Below, piece by piece: positions 29,120-38,838 of a stretch of 64,000 nucleotides of DNA (position 1 is its first letter; each line of letters opens with the position of its first letter). The stretch covers positions 32,001 through 96,000 of the forward strand of contig CAVVXH010000002.1 in NCBI GenBank assembly GCA_963752155.1. The letters run 5' to 3'. A model generated the notes under the pieces. It saw only the letters and a list, made by a program, of their open reading frames with translations, searched no databases and was not told where the DNA came from. The translations under genes were made by a program, and so were the position numbers. Source of the stretch: an uncultured Parachlamydiaceae bacterium (GTDB lineage: Bacteria > Chlamydiota > Chlamydiia > Chlamydiales > Parachlamydiaceae).

Positions 29120-30274
29120 TTACCTTATTTTCTTATAGACTTTTCCGGGGAACTCTTTAAGATGCCCTTTTATTACTAGTCCCATTAATAGCACATTTAG
29201 CGCAGAAATAGGTATTTTTGTTAGTAAAAAAATTTGTTCAACGGATAGTTCATGTGTGGGAAGCAATTGTAACACGGTTGCTTCACTTTTGTCAAGCGGA
29301 ATCGAAGATGATGACGATAAGGTCTGTGAAGGCACAAACGGTATATGGCCAAATAAACTTTCAAAATGAGAGACGATCTCTTGCGGACTTTCTACTAAAG
29401 TAGCTCTCTTTTGCTTGATCAAGGCGTGGTTCCCTCGAAAATTCTCGTTGTCAAGACGTCCAGGCAAAGCAAAAAGAGGGCGGCCCTGAGCTTCCCCTTT
29501 TTCCATTGTTATCATCGCGCCACTTTTTAACGGAGCTTCGATCAATAAAATTCCTAGGGTCATTCCACTCACAATCCGATTGCGTTGAGGAAAGTTCTGC
29601 TTGTCCGGGGGAGTTGACATCGGAAATTCACTAAGGATAGCCCCTTGGTTTATCATTCTCTCGGCTAGTTTGCGATTTTCAGCAGGATAAATATCGGCCA
29701 ATCCAGAACCAATCACTGCAATAGAGCGACCCCTCTCTAAGGCTCCGAAATGTGCTGCGGTGTCTACCCCACGGGCAAGCCCACTAATAATAGTAAAGCC
29801 TGACGCAGCAAGATCGCTTGCAAATTGATGAGCCATCTCTTGACCGTAAATACTCATTTGACGGGTTCCGACAATAGCAATCGAACGACGATCCTCTGGG
29901 AGGAGATTCCCTTGCAAATAGAGTAAAACCGGGGCGTCGGGAATTTCAAGTAGACGTTTAGGATAACGTGCAGAGGTATAGGGAATCAGTTCGGTACGAT
30001 GCTTGGCCACTAATAAAAGATTATTTTTCCATGAGGTGTCGGAAATCCAATTCTTCCATGTATTAGCAACCTTGGGCCCTACGAAAGGCAAGACTTCTTC
30101 GGGGCGAGCTGATAAAGCTTGCACCGCTGAGCCGAAATGATCGACAAGATGGCGAATTCTTATAGCTCCTAATGAGTCCATGCTCATTAAGATGGCCAAG
30201 GCTTCCCCTTCCTCTAGATCGTAGAGTGTAATTTTTCCTTTAAGAGGATGCTCTATGTCCATTGATTCATTCAC
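29120..30274 (-). CDS. dprA: DNA-processing protein DprA (Smf)
   Basis: AIVGTR, IISGLARGVD, NFPQRNRIVSG, SGAMIT; dprA-topA gene order. Confidence 0.95.
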   Translation of the reverse strand: MNESMDIEHPLKGKITLYDLEEGEALAILMSMDSLGAIRIRHLVDHFGSAVQALSARPEEVLPFVGPKVANTWKNWISDTSWKNNLLLVAKHRTELIPYTSARYPKRLLEIPDAPVLLYLQGNLLPEDRRSIAIVGTRQMSIYGQEMAHQFASDLAASGFTIISGLARGVDTAAHFGALERGRSIAVIGSGLADIYPAENRKLAERMINQGAILSEFPMSTPPDKQNFPQRNRIVSGMTLGILLIEAPLKSGAMITMEKGEAQGRPLFALPGRLDNENFRGNHALIKQKRATLVESPQEIVSHFESLFGHIPFVPSQTLSSSSSIPLDKSEATVLQLLPTHELSVEQIFLLTKIPISALNVLLMGLVIKGHLKEFPGKVYKKIR

Positions 30275-30508
30275 TTTCCCGTTGAAATCATAAAACTACT
30301 TTAACAGATTCCTAATTAAAAGCGAAGATGAGGTTAGACCTTTTCGAACAGAAAAACATGAAAATTCCCAGTTTTTTCGAGAATAAATTTCAGCTATTTT
30401 TTTTATCCCTAGAGAAAATTTGATTTTTTAGTACACAAGATTGACATTTGTCATTTATATGTAGTAAAATTAAACTGAAATCTCACTACACAAGAATGAC
30501 ATGAAATC

Positions 30509-32083
30509 TTATAAATCCGCACGAGCTATGTGGATTTCTACGACATCTAGTTCATCTTCTAAGTGCTTTAAAAGCTTATCGTCAATTTGATTGCTTTCCC
30601 ACAAGTCCAATATTTTTTTGCGTTGCGCTTGGATCACATAAAGCCTCGCAAATTCAACATGCCCCATAGAAGCATCTTTATCGTGAGCCATCTCCAAAAT
30701 TTGATGTTGAGATGTAAAATAAGCCTTTAAAAACTCAAATTCTTTTTCATTGATCTTTTTTGAAGAAAGCAAATGATTGAGCTTCTTTTCAGAAACTTTG
30801 ATGAGTTCATTTCTGATTTTTTCACTTTCACCATGTTTAGAAGAATGTTGAATATTTAATCTACGAATAAGATAGGGAAGAGAGAATCCCGGTAACAACA
30901 AAGTGATCAAAATCACTAGAAAAGTGATAAAAATAACTTCATTGCGTCCTTCCACTAGCGTTCCGTCTGGAAGTTTAAAAGGTAAAGCAATTGCTGCTGC
31001 TAACGAGACGATCCCTCGCATTCCTGACCATCCTACAATCACAGCATCTCTTAAAATTTGCGGACAAATGGTAGAAGACTTAGGTCTGTGAAGCGCTTTA
31101 AGATAGGCAATTCCACTTTTTGTAAAAACCCAAATCATACGTACAATAAGCATCGCAAAAGCTATCAACAAAGCATATCCTGTATACAACAAGATCTCTT
31201 GATTTGTCATCAACTGGGTAATTGCTTTTAATTGTAAACCTATCAGAATGAAAACAAAACAATTGAGAAGAATGGTAAAAATATCCCATGAGGCATATCC
31301 TAAAATTCTTCTTAAGGAAGAATGATGCGTTAAAAGTACTCGAGAGCCTATAAGGCCATTCACAACGACAGCTAAGACACCGGATACATCCATAATATTT
31401 GCTACAATATATGTGATGTAAGGAATCATGAACGAAAATACGACTCCAAGAACGGGCTCAAGGTAACGTCTTGAGAAAAATTGAAAGCAAAAGCCGAGGA
31501 CAAGTCCTACAAAAATTCCGCCGACAACCATTTGGACAAATTGTGTTACACCTTCAAAGAATGAAAATGTTCCTGAAAGAATCGCTACCACAGCAAGTTT
31601 GTAAAGCACGAGAGCAGAAGCATCATTAACTAAACTTTCCCCCTCTAGAAGGGTAATTAAACGGGTATTGATCGCAAAACGTTTAAGAATAGTTGTCGCA
31701 GCAATGGCATCCGGAGGCGATACAATGGCTCCAAATGCAAATGCAAGCGCCCAGGAATACTGGGGAAACATCCACTTAAAGAGTATCCCGATGATAAAGG
31801 TTGTAGCGGCAACCAACCCTAAAGCTAGAGAAAAAATGGCTCTCCAATTTTGTTGAAATTCACGATAGGAAATTCCGAAAGCTCCATAATAAAGAATTGG
31901 GGGGAGAACAATCACCAGCATTAGATTGGAATCAAAGTAAATATCGTTTAAACCAGGGATAAAACCTAAGGCCGTTCCTCCAATCACAAGCACTATGGGG
32001 TAGGGCAATTTGAGCTTTTGGGCAAGCCCTACGAGAAGAATGGCAGCAAATAGCAACATCAAGATTTTTTCGAGATTTTCCAT
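30509..32083 (-). CDS. Na+/H+ antiporter, CPA1 family
   Basis: LPPILY, SPPDAIA, LEGESLVNDAS, SGVLAVV, GMRGIVSLAAA. Confidence 0.92.
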   Translation of the reverse strand: MENLEKILMLLFAAILLVGLAQKLKLPYPIVLVIGGTALGFIPGLNDIYFDSNLMLVIVLPPILYYGAFGISYREFQQNWRAIFSLALGLVAATTFIIGILFKWMFPQYSWALAFAFGAIVSPPDAIAATTILKRFAINTRLITLLEGESLVNDASALVLYKLAVVAILSGTFSFFEGVTQFVQMVVGGIFVGLVLGFCFQFFSRRYLEPVLGVVFSFMIPYITYIVANIMDVSGVLAVVVNGLIGSRVLLTHHSSLRRILGYASWDIFTILLNCFVFILIGLQLKAITQLMTNQEILLYTGYALLIAFAMLIVRMIWVFTKSGIAYLKALHRPKSSTICPQILRDAVIVGWSGMRGIVSLAAAIALPFKLPDGTLVEGRNEVIFITFLVILITLLLPGFSLPYLIRRLNIQHSSKHGESEKIRNELIKVSEKKLNHLLSSKKINEKEFEFLKAYFTSQHQILEMAHDKDASMGHVEFARLYVIQAQRKKILDLWESNQIDDKLLKHLEDELDVVEIHIARADL

Positions 32084-32212
32084 ATCTCCACATCAGACTC
32101 TATTTTCATTTTATTTGCAATCTATACAGGAAAATTGGGCAGGGCACATGAAATTAGAAATTAGAACGATTTTTTGAAAATTATTTTGTGCCCGCGTGCG
32201 CATCTTATTACC

Positions 32213-32795
32213 TGATAAGAACGATAAAAACGATAAGAACGATGGAAGAAGTCTGGTTGTAGGAAAAACCGTAATCGTGGAATTAAAATGTTGTGAAAGT
32301 TTGGTTCGCGAACATCAGGGCGCAATTATTCGGCTATTTAAGAGTTTCTCAACTTCAAATTGGTTTGTTAATAAATTTCCGGCATAGGAAATTGGAATGG
32401 AAAAGACTGCAAAGCAATGAGGACTTTTCGACACTAATCTAGAAGAAATCTTAAGAAATCTGTGACGTACTGAGTATTCCACAAATTTTTTATCGTTTTT
32501 ATCGTTGTATCGTTTGTATCGTTGATTACGTCTACATAAAAAAACATATCCAGACAACATCGTGAATGGGTGTTAATTTCCGTATCCTGATGCGTATGCA
32601 TTCCGATGTTGAGTGTAGCCACGTAGCCTCCATATGGTCTAAACCACTGCGTGAAATCGTAACGGCTAAGAAATTTGCGCAATTTTTTGGTTATTACGAT
32701 TTCACGCAGTGGTTTAGACCATATGGAGGCTACGTGGCTACACTCAACATCGGAGTGATGAGCTACAATTTGCGCAATTTCTTAGCTGTTACGAT
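32213..32795. repeat. Composite repeat element, copy 2, with a perfect 61-bp-arm hairpin
   Basis: AARAACGAT units, GxxExxY remnant, inverted 9-mers at ~32486-32525, perfect IR at 32602-32662/32694-32754, extra partial arm at ~32767-32795. Confidence 0.88.
32250..32420 (+). pseudogene. GxxExxY-family protein C-terminal remnant
   Basis: LVVGKTVIVELKCCESLVREHQ, then after a frameshift AQLFGYLRVSQLQIGLLINFRHRKLEWKRL. Confidence 0.7.
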
Positions 32796-32936
32796 ACTTT
32801 ACATGTGCCCTGGTATTCTAAAATATTTGCGTAGCTTGCTAAAAATAGATTTGCTAATGTAACAATCTAAAATGAGGATATCTTGTGAAAAAAACCAACT
32901 TACGCTAAATGTATTTTTAATAACAGGGAGAGAATT

Positions 32937-33767
32937 GTGGATAGTACAAGTCGCATAGGGAGTGATTCAATTAATCTGTATGAATTACTAGATCCAAAAC
33001 GAAATTCTAAGAACGAGCCATTGATTAATTCAACGAGTGAATCAGAAAACAGTAATTCTGTTCAATCTACCAATGGATTATCGGCAAACCTATTTGAGTT
33101 TGTTTCAAAGATTATGATTGAACGTGTATTTTTCCAAAATATGGCTATTCCACAAGAACTCCTTCTCTATCTTGCTAATGATTTGATCAAAACTTTAGCT
33201 CCTCAAAAACAAGAAACTTTAAGTATGGCAAAAGAATGTACTTTGCTATGGAAAGAAATACGTGGGCAGAAATTAACTTTAGAGGAACAAAGATATCAAG
33301 ATGCACCAAAAAAGCTTGACGTAACAGCAGAAATTCTCAATGGACTAAAATATTCATCAATGGCAATTATGGGCCAACGCCTTTTCTCGTCAGTAACATC
33401 GGCAATACACCTTGGGCTATGGGAGCACATACCATCGATTGTAGGATACTCTAGTGCAATGTTTTTAGTACCTACAGGCATTGCTGATTCTATAGAAAAG
33501 GTGCTCCAATATTCCGGGTTGACTCAACATCAAAAAACTTTGATTCAACCATGGCTTAATGTAGTAGGAAGATTGGTTTTAGGCTTTCTTCCAAAGGTTC
33601 ATGCCACTCAAGAAGGGGTACATTATCATTATCCTTCATCAATTGGTTCGGCACAAACTTTCTCTCAAGGGCAAGTTTCCACTCTGTACGGAGACTCGCT
33701 CACTGTGGGTCTAAGTCTATCAATAAGACTTTCTTGCCAGCATAGGCTAAACCAGCCGCAAGGTTGA
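32937..33767 (+). CDS. Hypothetical protein, probably truncated at the ~33702 junction
   Basis: GGAGAG RBS and S/N-rich N-terminus. The last ~20 codons are antisense of the parA fragment. Confidence 0.6.
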   Translation: MDSTSRIGSDSINLYELLDPKRNSKNEPLINSTSESENSNSVQSTNGLSANLFEFVSKIMIERVFFQNMAIPQELLLYLANDLIKTLAPQKQETLSMAKECTLLWKEIRGQKLTLEEQRYQDAPKKLDVTAEILNGLKYSSMAIMGQRLFSSVTSAIHLGLWEHIPSIVGYSSAMFLVPTGIADSIEKVLQYSGLTQHQKTLIQPWLNVVGRLVLGFLPKVHATQEGVHYHYPSSIGSAQTFSQGQVSTLYGDSLTVGLSLSIRLSCQHRLNQPQG

Positions 33768-33825
33768 TGCTAGAGGTCGTTTTCCCGCATCCTCCTTTTT
33801 GATTGGAGATGGCTATTTTGAACAT
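33700..33825 (-). pseudogene. parA: ParA/Soj ATPase N-terminal fragment (41 aa; absent from the ORF track)
   Basis: My translation: [41 protein letters not shown]. Deviant Walker A KGGCGKT and A' DLDPQ; AAGGA RBS. Confidence 0.88.
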
Positions 33826-33988
33826 TGATTGAGTCCTTGGGTTAAATGAGTCCGTAAGCCACCAATCTAATCCAGTCGCCTATTTAAGTAAACAGTGAAT
33901 TGATGATTTACTGGAATCAATGATACTGCTAAGATGAGGAGCATCTCAATAATGGTGATAGCAAATCGATACAAGAAGAAGGTAAGAA

Positions 33989-34162
33989 ATGGCTAAAAAA
34001 CCTGTTAAAGAATTGCCTGAGAAGCCAAAAAGGGCTCGAATTACTTTGGAATGTTCCCCAGAAACGAGAAAAGCGATCAGGATTAAAGCTGCACAAAATG
34101 ACAAGAGTATGAACGATTTCATTCTCTCGATAGTAATAGAAAAAATGGAAAAGAGTGAATAA
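33989..34162 (+). CDS. Small ribbon-helix-helix DNA-binding protein (57 aa; absent from the ORF track)
   Basis: My translation: MAKKPVKELPEKPKRARITLECSPETRKAIRIKAAQNDKSMNDFILSIVIEKMEKSE. Basic tail, then a beta-strand and two helices. Confidence 0.72.
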   Translation: MAKKPVKELPEKPKRARITLECSPETRKAIRIKAAQNDKSMNDFILSIVIEKMEKSE

Positions 34163-34202
34163 ATGCAGAGAGTACTGCTGTCAAATAGGGCCTCTTCAGA
34201 AT

Positions 34203-35135
34203 ATGGATAATGAGCAGTTAGTGATAGACGAGACGCTCGTGCGCCGCTTGGTGGCCAACCAATTCCCGCAATGGAAAGATCTATCAGTTAGGCCGGTCGC
34301 GCATCAAGGGTGGGACAATAGAACCTTTCATCTTGGCGAGGACATGCTTGTGCGCATGCCAAGTGCCGAAGACTATGCTGTGCAGGTTGAAAAGGAATAT
34401 AAATGGTTGCCAAAATTGGCACCTTTGCTGCCTCTTCTCATTCCAGTCCCTATAACAATTGGAGAGCCTGCTGAAGGCTATCCATGGAGATGGTCGATCA
34501 ACCGCTGGCTTCAAGGGGATATTGCTTCTTCTGCGCCCATAACGGATTTGAGTGACTTCGCGATCCAACTCGCGAAATTTCTTATTGCTTTGCAGCGCAT
34601 CGATATAACTGATGGACCTCTGGCTGGATCTCATAGCTTTTATCGTGGTGGATCACTAACAACTTACGACTCTGAGACAAGGCATGCGCTGGCCTCCCTG
34701 AAGGGAAAGATTGATGTCAACACTGCGTCTGAGGTTTGGGAAGAGGCGCTTGCAACAACTTGGAAAGGTTTTCCTGTGTGGGTTCATGCCGACCTCAGCG
34801 CTGGCAATCTGTTGGTGCAAGAAGGACGGTTGAGTGCTGTCATCGATTTCGGACAGCTGGCAGTCGGAGATCCCGCCTGCGATCTAGCTATTGCCTGGAC
34901 GCTGTTTAAAGGCGAAAGCCGGAAAGCCTTTCGAGCAATGCTTCCTCTCGACGCCGGTACATGGGCTCGAGGTCGTGCTTGGACTTTATGGAAGTTCTTG
35001 ATTGTTGCAGCTGGCCTCACGGATTGGAATGCCCTTGAAGCCACACAACCCTGGCGCATCATTGATGAAGTGCTTGCAGATTACAGAGACAACAAGGACT
35101 CAACTGCATGCTGGGCATTTTGTAACGCATTATGA
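34203..35135 (+). CDS. Aminoglycoside phosphotransferase (APH)-family protein
   Basis: GWDNRTFHLG, VRMP, WVHADLSAGNLL, VIDFG, GDPACDL. The ORF is also open from 34155. Confidence 0.9.
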   Translation: MDNEQLVIDETLVRRLVANQFPQWKDLSVRPVAHQGWDNRTFHLGEDMLVRMPSAEDYAVQVEKEYKWLPKLAPLLPLLIPVPITIGEPAEGYPWRWSINRWLQGDIASSAPITDLSDFAIQLAKFLIALQRIDITDGPLAGSHSFYRGGSLTTYDSETRHALASLKGKIDVNTASEVWEEALATTWKGFPVWVHADLSAGNLLVQEGRLSAVIDFGQLAVGDPACDLAIAWTLFKGESRKAFRAMLPLDAGTWARGRAWTLWKFLIVAAGLTDWNALEATQPWRIIDEVLADYRDNKDSTACWAFCNAL

Positions 35136-35224
35136 AGTAATCAATTAAATCGTTCTTTAGAAATTCTCAAAAAAATTCCGTCTTCAAGATGAAAAATATT
35201 TTTTTTGGGAATTTGAACGGACAT

Positions 35225-35693
35225 CCAACCATGTGGAAAAATGGAAAATAATAAATAAAACCATCCGGCTGGATGTCCAGCTAACCAGCTATCTGGATTT
35301 CCAGAAATAAAATAACCCAAATTAATGGAAATCTGTTACTCCAGGATGACAATGTTGGGTGGTTGTCTGGTTTTATGGATGTCCAGTTTGTTGGTTTATT
35401 GGTATAATGGCTGGCTTAAAAGATTTCCAGATGGTTGTCTGGTTTTCCGGTAATCCATTTACGTGTTTAACTGGAATTCCAGAAACCCAACTGTATTAAT
35501 TTAATTGACCTACATATAATTACCAATTTTGTTGCATTAGGCTAAGGATTTACAGGTTGATTTTTCTTCCATCTTTAAATCAAAATTTACAACGATCCTG
35601 TCTATTTATTCGAGATGAGTACGGATATTAAAATATGTTGCATTTCTGGATGGATAGGTGGTTTTCTGGTTTTCCAGCTATATGGGTTCCCAA
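35225..35693. repeat. Arrays of CCAN/NTGG tetramers at 8-bp period (candidate centromere or operator)
   Basis: In-phase boxes at 35261-35344, 35359-35490 and 35650-35693, with mostly AT-rich 4-bp spacers, in a ~700-bp non-coding gap. Confidence 0.7.
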
Positions 35694-35865
35694 CCACTGA
35701 TTATGCATCGAACTTCGATTCCAACTCTACCAATTCCAATATTCACTGCTTCTGTGACTCATAGTGAAGCAGAATGGCATTGATAAATGAACATTCCAGA
35801 GCAACTTCTACTTTCGCCACCTCACTCAACAATCAAAGCAGAAATCGTTCTAGTCAAAGATTTGA

Positions 35866-36738
35866 TCAGAAATGTTCAATGATGATTATTTTACCAGCAG
35901 CGCCTGTACCGCCTGCTCCTGAATTGGCTTGCGATGATATCCCTCCTCCACCACCACTACCGGCACCACCAGGGAAACCTCCATTTCCGCCAGTTCCTCC
36001 TGTCGTTCCAACTTTTGCTCCGCCGCCGCCTCCACCACCAGTACCACCACTAACTAAACCTCCAGTTGTAAGAGCAGAATTTCCATTACCACCGTTTAGG
36101 GTTCCTGTTTCTATTCCTCCGGACCCACCGGTTATCTTCACAATAGAATTTGCATTTGTAATATTGCCGCCGGTTCCCCCAGATCTTGCAGTGCTCGTAT
36201 CTCCGCCACCACCACCGCCTCCTCCAGTAGGTAATATATTACCTACTACTGCTTGTACGCTAGTTGATGAAGCTATAGTTCCACCAGTGCCCGTGCTAGC
36301 AGCAATTGAAGGAGCAAATTCAGTATATAAATTACCACCAGAAGAGGCAGAGGTGTTAGTAGTTGTCCCTGCATTTCCAGGATTTCCACCAGCACTTATC
36401 AAATTTCCAAATGTTGTGTTATTCCCCGATGTTCCAGCATTACCGTTTGTGTTATCTGTTGTTTGTGTTACACCACCATTTGCAGATGCTCCCACTGAAT
36501 ATGATTCGGTATCACCAAAAAAAGAAGCAGGAATCGTATAGTATCCTGCTCCTCCAGAACCTCCTCCTCCCCCACCGGAAGATACTGTAGATGATCCTTT
36601 TCTTCCAGAACCACCGCCAGCACCTCCACCCCATAAAAATACTTCAACCCACTGAGTACGAGAGTCCTTAGTCCATGTTCCAGAAGAAGTAAAGGTAGAG
36701 ACTTTAGTTGAACCATTTATACTATTGCGTAAAACCAT
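35866..36738 (-). CDS. Glycine-rich tail fibre/adhesin-like protein, paralogue 2
   Basis: TFTSSGTWTK...VEVFLWGGGAGGGSG...GAAGKIIIIEHF; at the distal end of the tail operon. Confidence 0.75.
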   Translation of the reverse strand: MVLRNSINGSTKVSTFTSSGTWTKDSRTQWVEVFLWGGGAGGGSGRKGSSTVSSGGGGGGSGGAGYYTIPASFFGDTESYSVGASANGGVTQTTDNTNGNAGTSGNNTTFGNLISAGGNPGNAGTTTNTSASSGGNLYTEFAPSIAASTGTGGTIASSTSVQAVVGNILPTGGGGGGGGDTSTARSGGTGGNITNANSIVKITGGSGGIETGTLNGGNGNSALTTGGLVSGGTGGGGGGGAKVGTTGGTGGNGGFPGGAGSGGGGGISSQANSGAGGTGAAGKIIIIEHF

Positions 36739-36750
36739 ATTTACCCCTTT

Positions 36751-37626
36751 TTAGAAGTGCTCGATGACTATTATTTTACCAGCGGATCCTGTACCACCAG
36801 CTCCTGAATTGGCTTGTGCGGATATTCCCCCGCCTCCGCCACCACCTGCACCTCCAGGAGTACCTCCGTTTCCTCCAGTCCCTCCTGTCGCGCCAGCTTT
36901 TGCTCCGCCGCCTCCACCGCCAGCAGAACCACCACAAATTAATCCACCGCTAGTCACAGAAGGATTTCCGTTACCACCATTTAGCGTGCCTGTTTCTATT
37001 CCTGCGGTTCCGCCGGCTACATAAGTAACACCATTTGAATTATTAATTGCCCCGCCAGATCCTCCAGATCTTGCAGTAACAGTATCACCACCGCCGCCAC
37101 CGCCACCTCCTGTAGGTGAGAAAGTAATTACTGCTGCTGTTGTATCTCCTGCGGTATTTCTTCCAGCACCACCAGGATTAGTTACAACGGAGGAAATAGC
37201 ATATGAAGTGTTTAATCCTCCACCGACACCATTGATACCTGATGAAGTTCCTCCGCCTTGGCCCGCACCTCCACCAACAGCTATCATATTTCCAAATGTT
37301 GTATTACCTCCGGTAGTTCCATTATTACCATTTGTCGCATCTACGGTTTGGGCTACTGCCCCACCAGCGCTAGCTCCAATTGTATAAGACTCTGTGGATC
37401 CAAAAAATGAAGAAGGAGCTGCAAAATATCCTGAGCCTCCAGAACCACCACCGCCACCTCCGGAAGATGAAGCGCTAGTTCCTTTTCTTCCGGAAGCTCC
37501 ACCACCACCTCCACCCCATAAAAATACTTCTATCCACTTCGTGCGAGAGTCCTTTGTCCATGTTCCAGAACTAGAAGTATAAGTTGTGATCTTAATTGAA
37601 CCGTTTATAGCATTATTTGTGGCCAC
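36751..37626 (-). CDS. Glycine-rich tail fibre/adhesin-like protein, paralogue 1
   Basis: MATNNAING start, polyglycine tracts, GSAGKIIVIEHF; aligns end to end with its neighbour. Confidence 0.75.
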   Translation of the reverse strand: MATNNAINGSIKITTYTSSSGTWTKDSRTKWIEVFLWGGGGGGASGRKGTSASSSGGGGGGSGGSGYFAAPSSFFGSTESYTIGASAGGAVAQTVDATNGNNGTTGGNTTFGNMIAVGGGAGQGGGTSSGINGVGGGLNTSYAISSVVTNPGGAGRNTAGDTTAAVITFSPTGGGGGGGGDTVTARSGGSGGAINNSNGVTYVAGGTAGIETGTLNGGNGNPSVTSGGLICGGSAGGGGGGAKAGATGGTGGNGGTPGGAGGGGGGGISAQANSGAGGTGSAGKIIVIEHF

Positions 37627-37642
37627 AAGTACTCCTTATTCG

Positions 37643-37945
37643 TTAGAAAGACTCTAACGCTCCTTGTAAATTTACAGATAAAATACTTGCTGCTAACCGT
37701 GCTTTAGCTTCGTTATAGGCGGCTTCTCTCTCAGCTTTGCTGGTATCATCCTCAGGAGGTTTCATAATAGAAAGAGGTCTTACATAATCCTGTAAGTTTT
37801 CCATCCAGATATCTCCCATTGCAGCTTCCTGGGTTTCTTTTACCACGTAACCTGCTGGCGGTTGCCATTGAGTCACTCCATCCCACATAATGACATTGGT
37901 AACCACATTTTTTTGATCTATGACTGCATATCTACTGCTCATCAA
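37643..37945 (-). CDS. Small tail-fibre-associated protein
   Basis: RYAVID..NVVTNVIMWDG..W.PP pattern; lies between fibre genes; AGGAG RBS. Confidence 0.55.
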   Translation of the reverse strand: MMSSRYAVIDQKNVVTNVIMWDGVTQWQPPAGYVVKETQEAAMGDIWMENLQDYVRPLSIMKPPEDDTSKAEREAAYNEAKARLAASILSVNLQGALESF

Positions 37946-37975
37946 TTTCTCCTTTAAAATATTTCAAACACGAGT

Positions 37976-38644
37976 TTAAACGACGGTCAAGTTTCCAACT
38001 GAACTTAGAACTCTCCATGTCGTATTGGCAACTACGCAAAGGCACTCTAAAGCATCTCCAGCGTCTGTCGAGGCTAGGCTTCCGCCAACTCCAGCAGTTG
38101 TTGCCACGTTTCCAAATTTAACTGTTTGGGATGCATTCTGTGCCAATAACCAACCGCCTGCACCATTTCCTGCAATTCTGAAAACGGTTCCTTGTGCTGC
38201 TGTGGCTGGGAGAGTCAAAGTGCATAAGGAGGCATTATCTGCTATATAGCCAGTATTAACAGCGATTGCTTGAGAAGTGCCAGTTACATCTACCCATGAA
38301 GAAACGCCGCCACTGCCACCAGAAGAGGCAGCCCATTTAACACCTGAAGTCTGAGAAGAATCGGCTGTTAAAACAAAATTGTCTGTTCCAACTGTAAGAG
38401 GGGTGAATGTACCTGCTCCTGTGCCAACAAGGATAACTCCTTTTGCTGTATAGTCAGCAAAGCCTATTAAAGTATCTGCTGCTCTGTTTGGGAATGTATA
38501 AACGCCAGCACCAGCAAATTGATTAGTGAGAGTGAAATCTCCACTACCATTATGTGTGACTGTTCTTTTGGTGGTTCCACCACCAATGCTAAATCCAACC
38601 GATAGGTTAGAGATGTCTAGGTTAACTGATGAATTGTGAGCCAT
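37976..38644 (-). CDS. Phage tail fibre-like protein
   Basis: [27 protein letters not shown] shaft motif; C-terminal [10 protein letters not shown]...WRV beta domain. Confidence 0.65.
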   Translation of the reverse strand: MAHNSSVNLDISNLSVGFSIGGGTTKRTVTHNGSGDFTLTNQFAGAGVYTFPNRAADTLIGFADYTAKGVILVGTGAGTFTPLTVGTDNFVLTADSSQTSGVKWAASSGGSGGVSSWVDVTGTSQAIAVNTGYIADNASLCTLTLPATAAQGTVFRIAGNGAGGWLLAQNASQTVKFGNVATTAGVGGSLASTDAGDALECLCVVANTTWRVLSSVGNLTVV

Positions 38645-38838
38645 TTTTTGCCTCTTGTTAAATTTTAACGAAACTCATATCGAGTTGTTTTTACTGTTCT
38701 AGTGACATTACCAGTCGATTTCTGAAAATATTTGAGTCTTTGAATATATGAGTTTCTGTCTGAATTTTTTGAGGTGTGAAAATAGCCTATCTTCGAGCTA
38801 AAAATTAACACTGAGAAGTATATAGCCTCACATTCCTT

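Noticed and set aside
32196..32862. Short ORFs at 32196-32862 and 13135-13353 as genes
   Set aside because: They are overlapping translations of the repeat element. The same peptide appears on both strands because of the palindrome.
35774..37582. Proline-rich plus-strand ORFs (255, 86 and 62 aa)
   Set aside because: They are antisense shadows of the Gly-rich fibre genes (GGN codons read as CCN).
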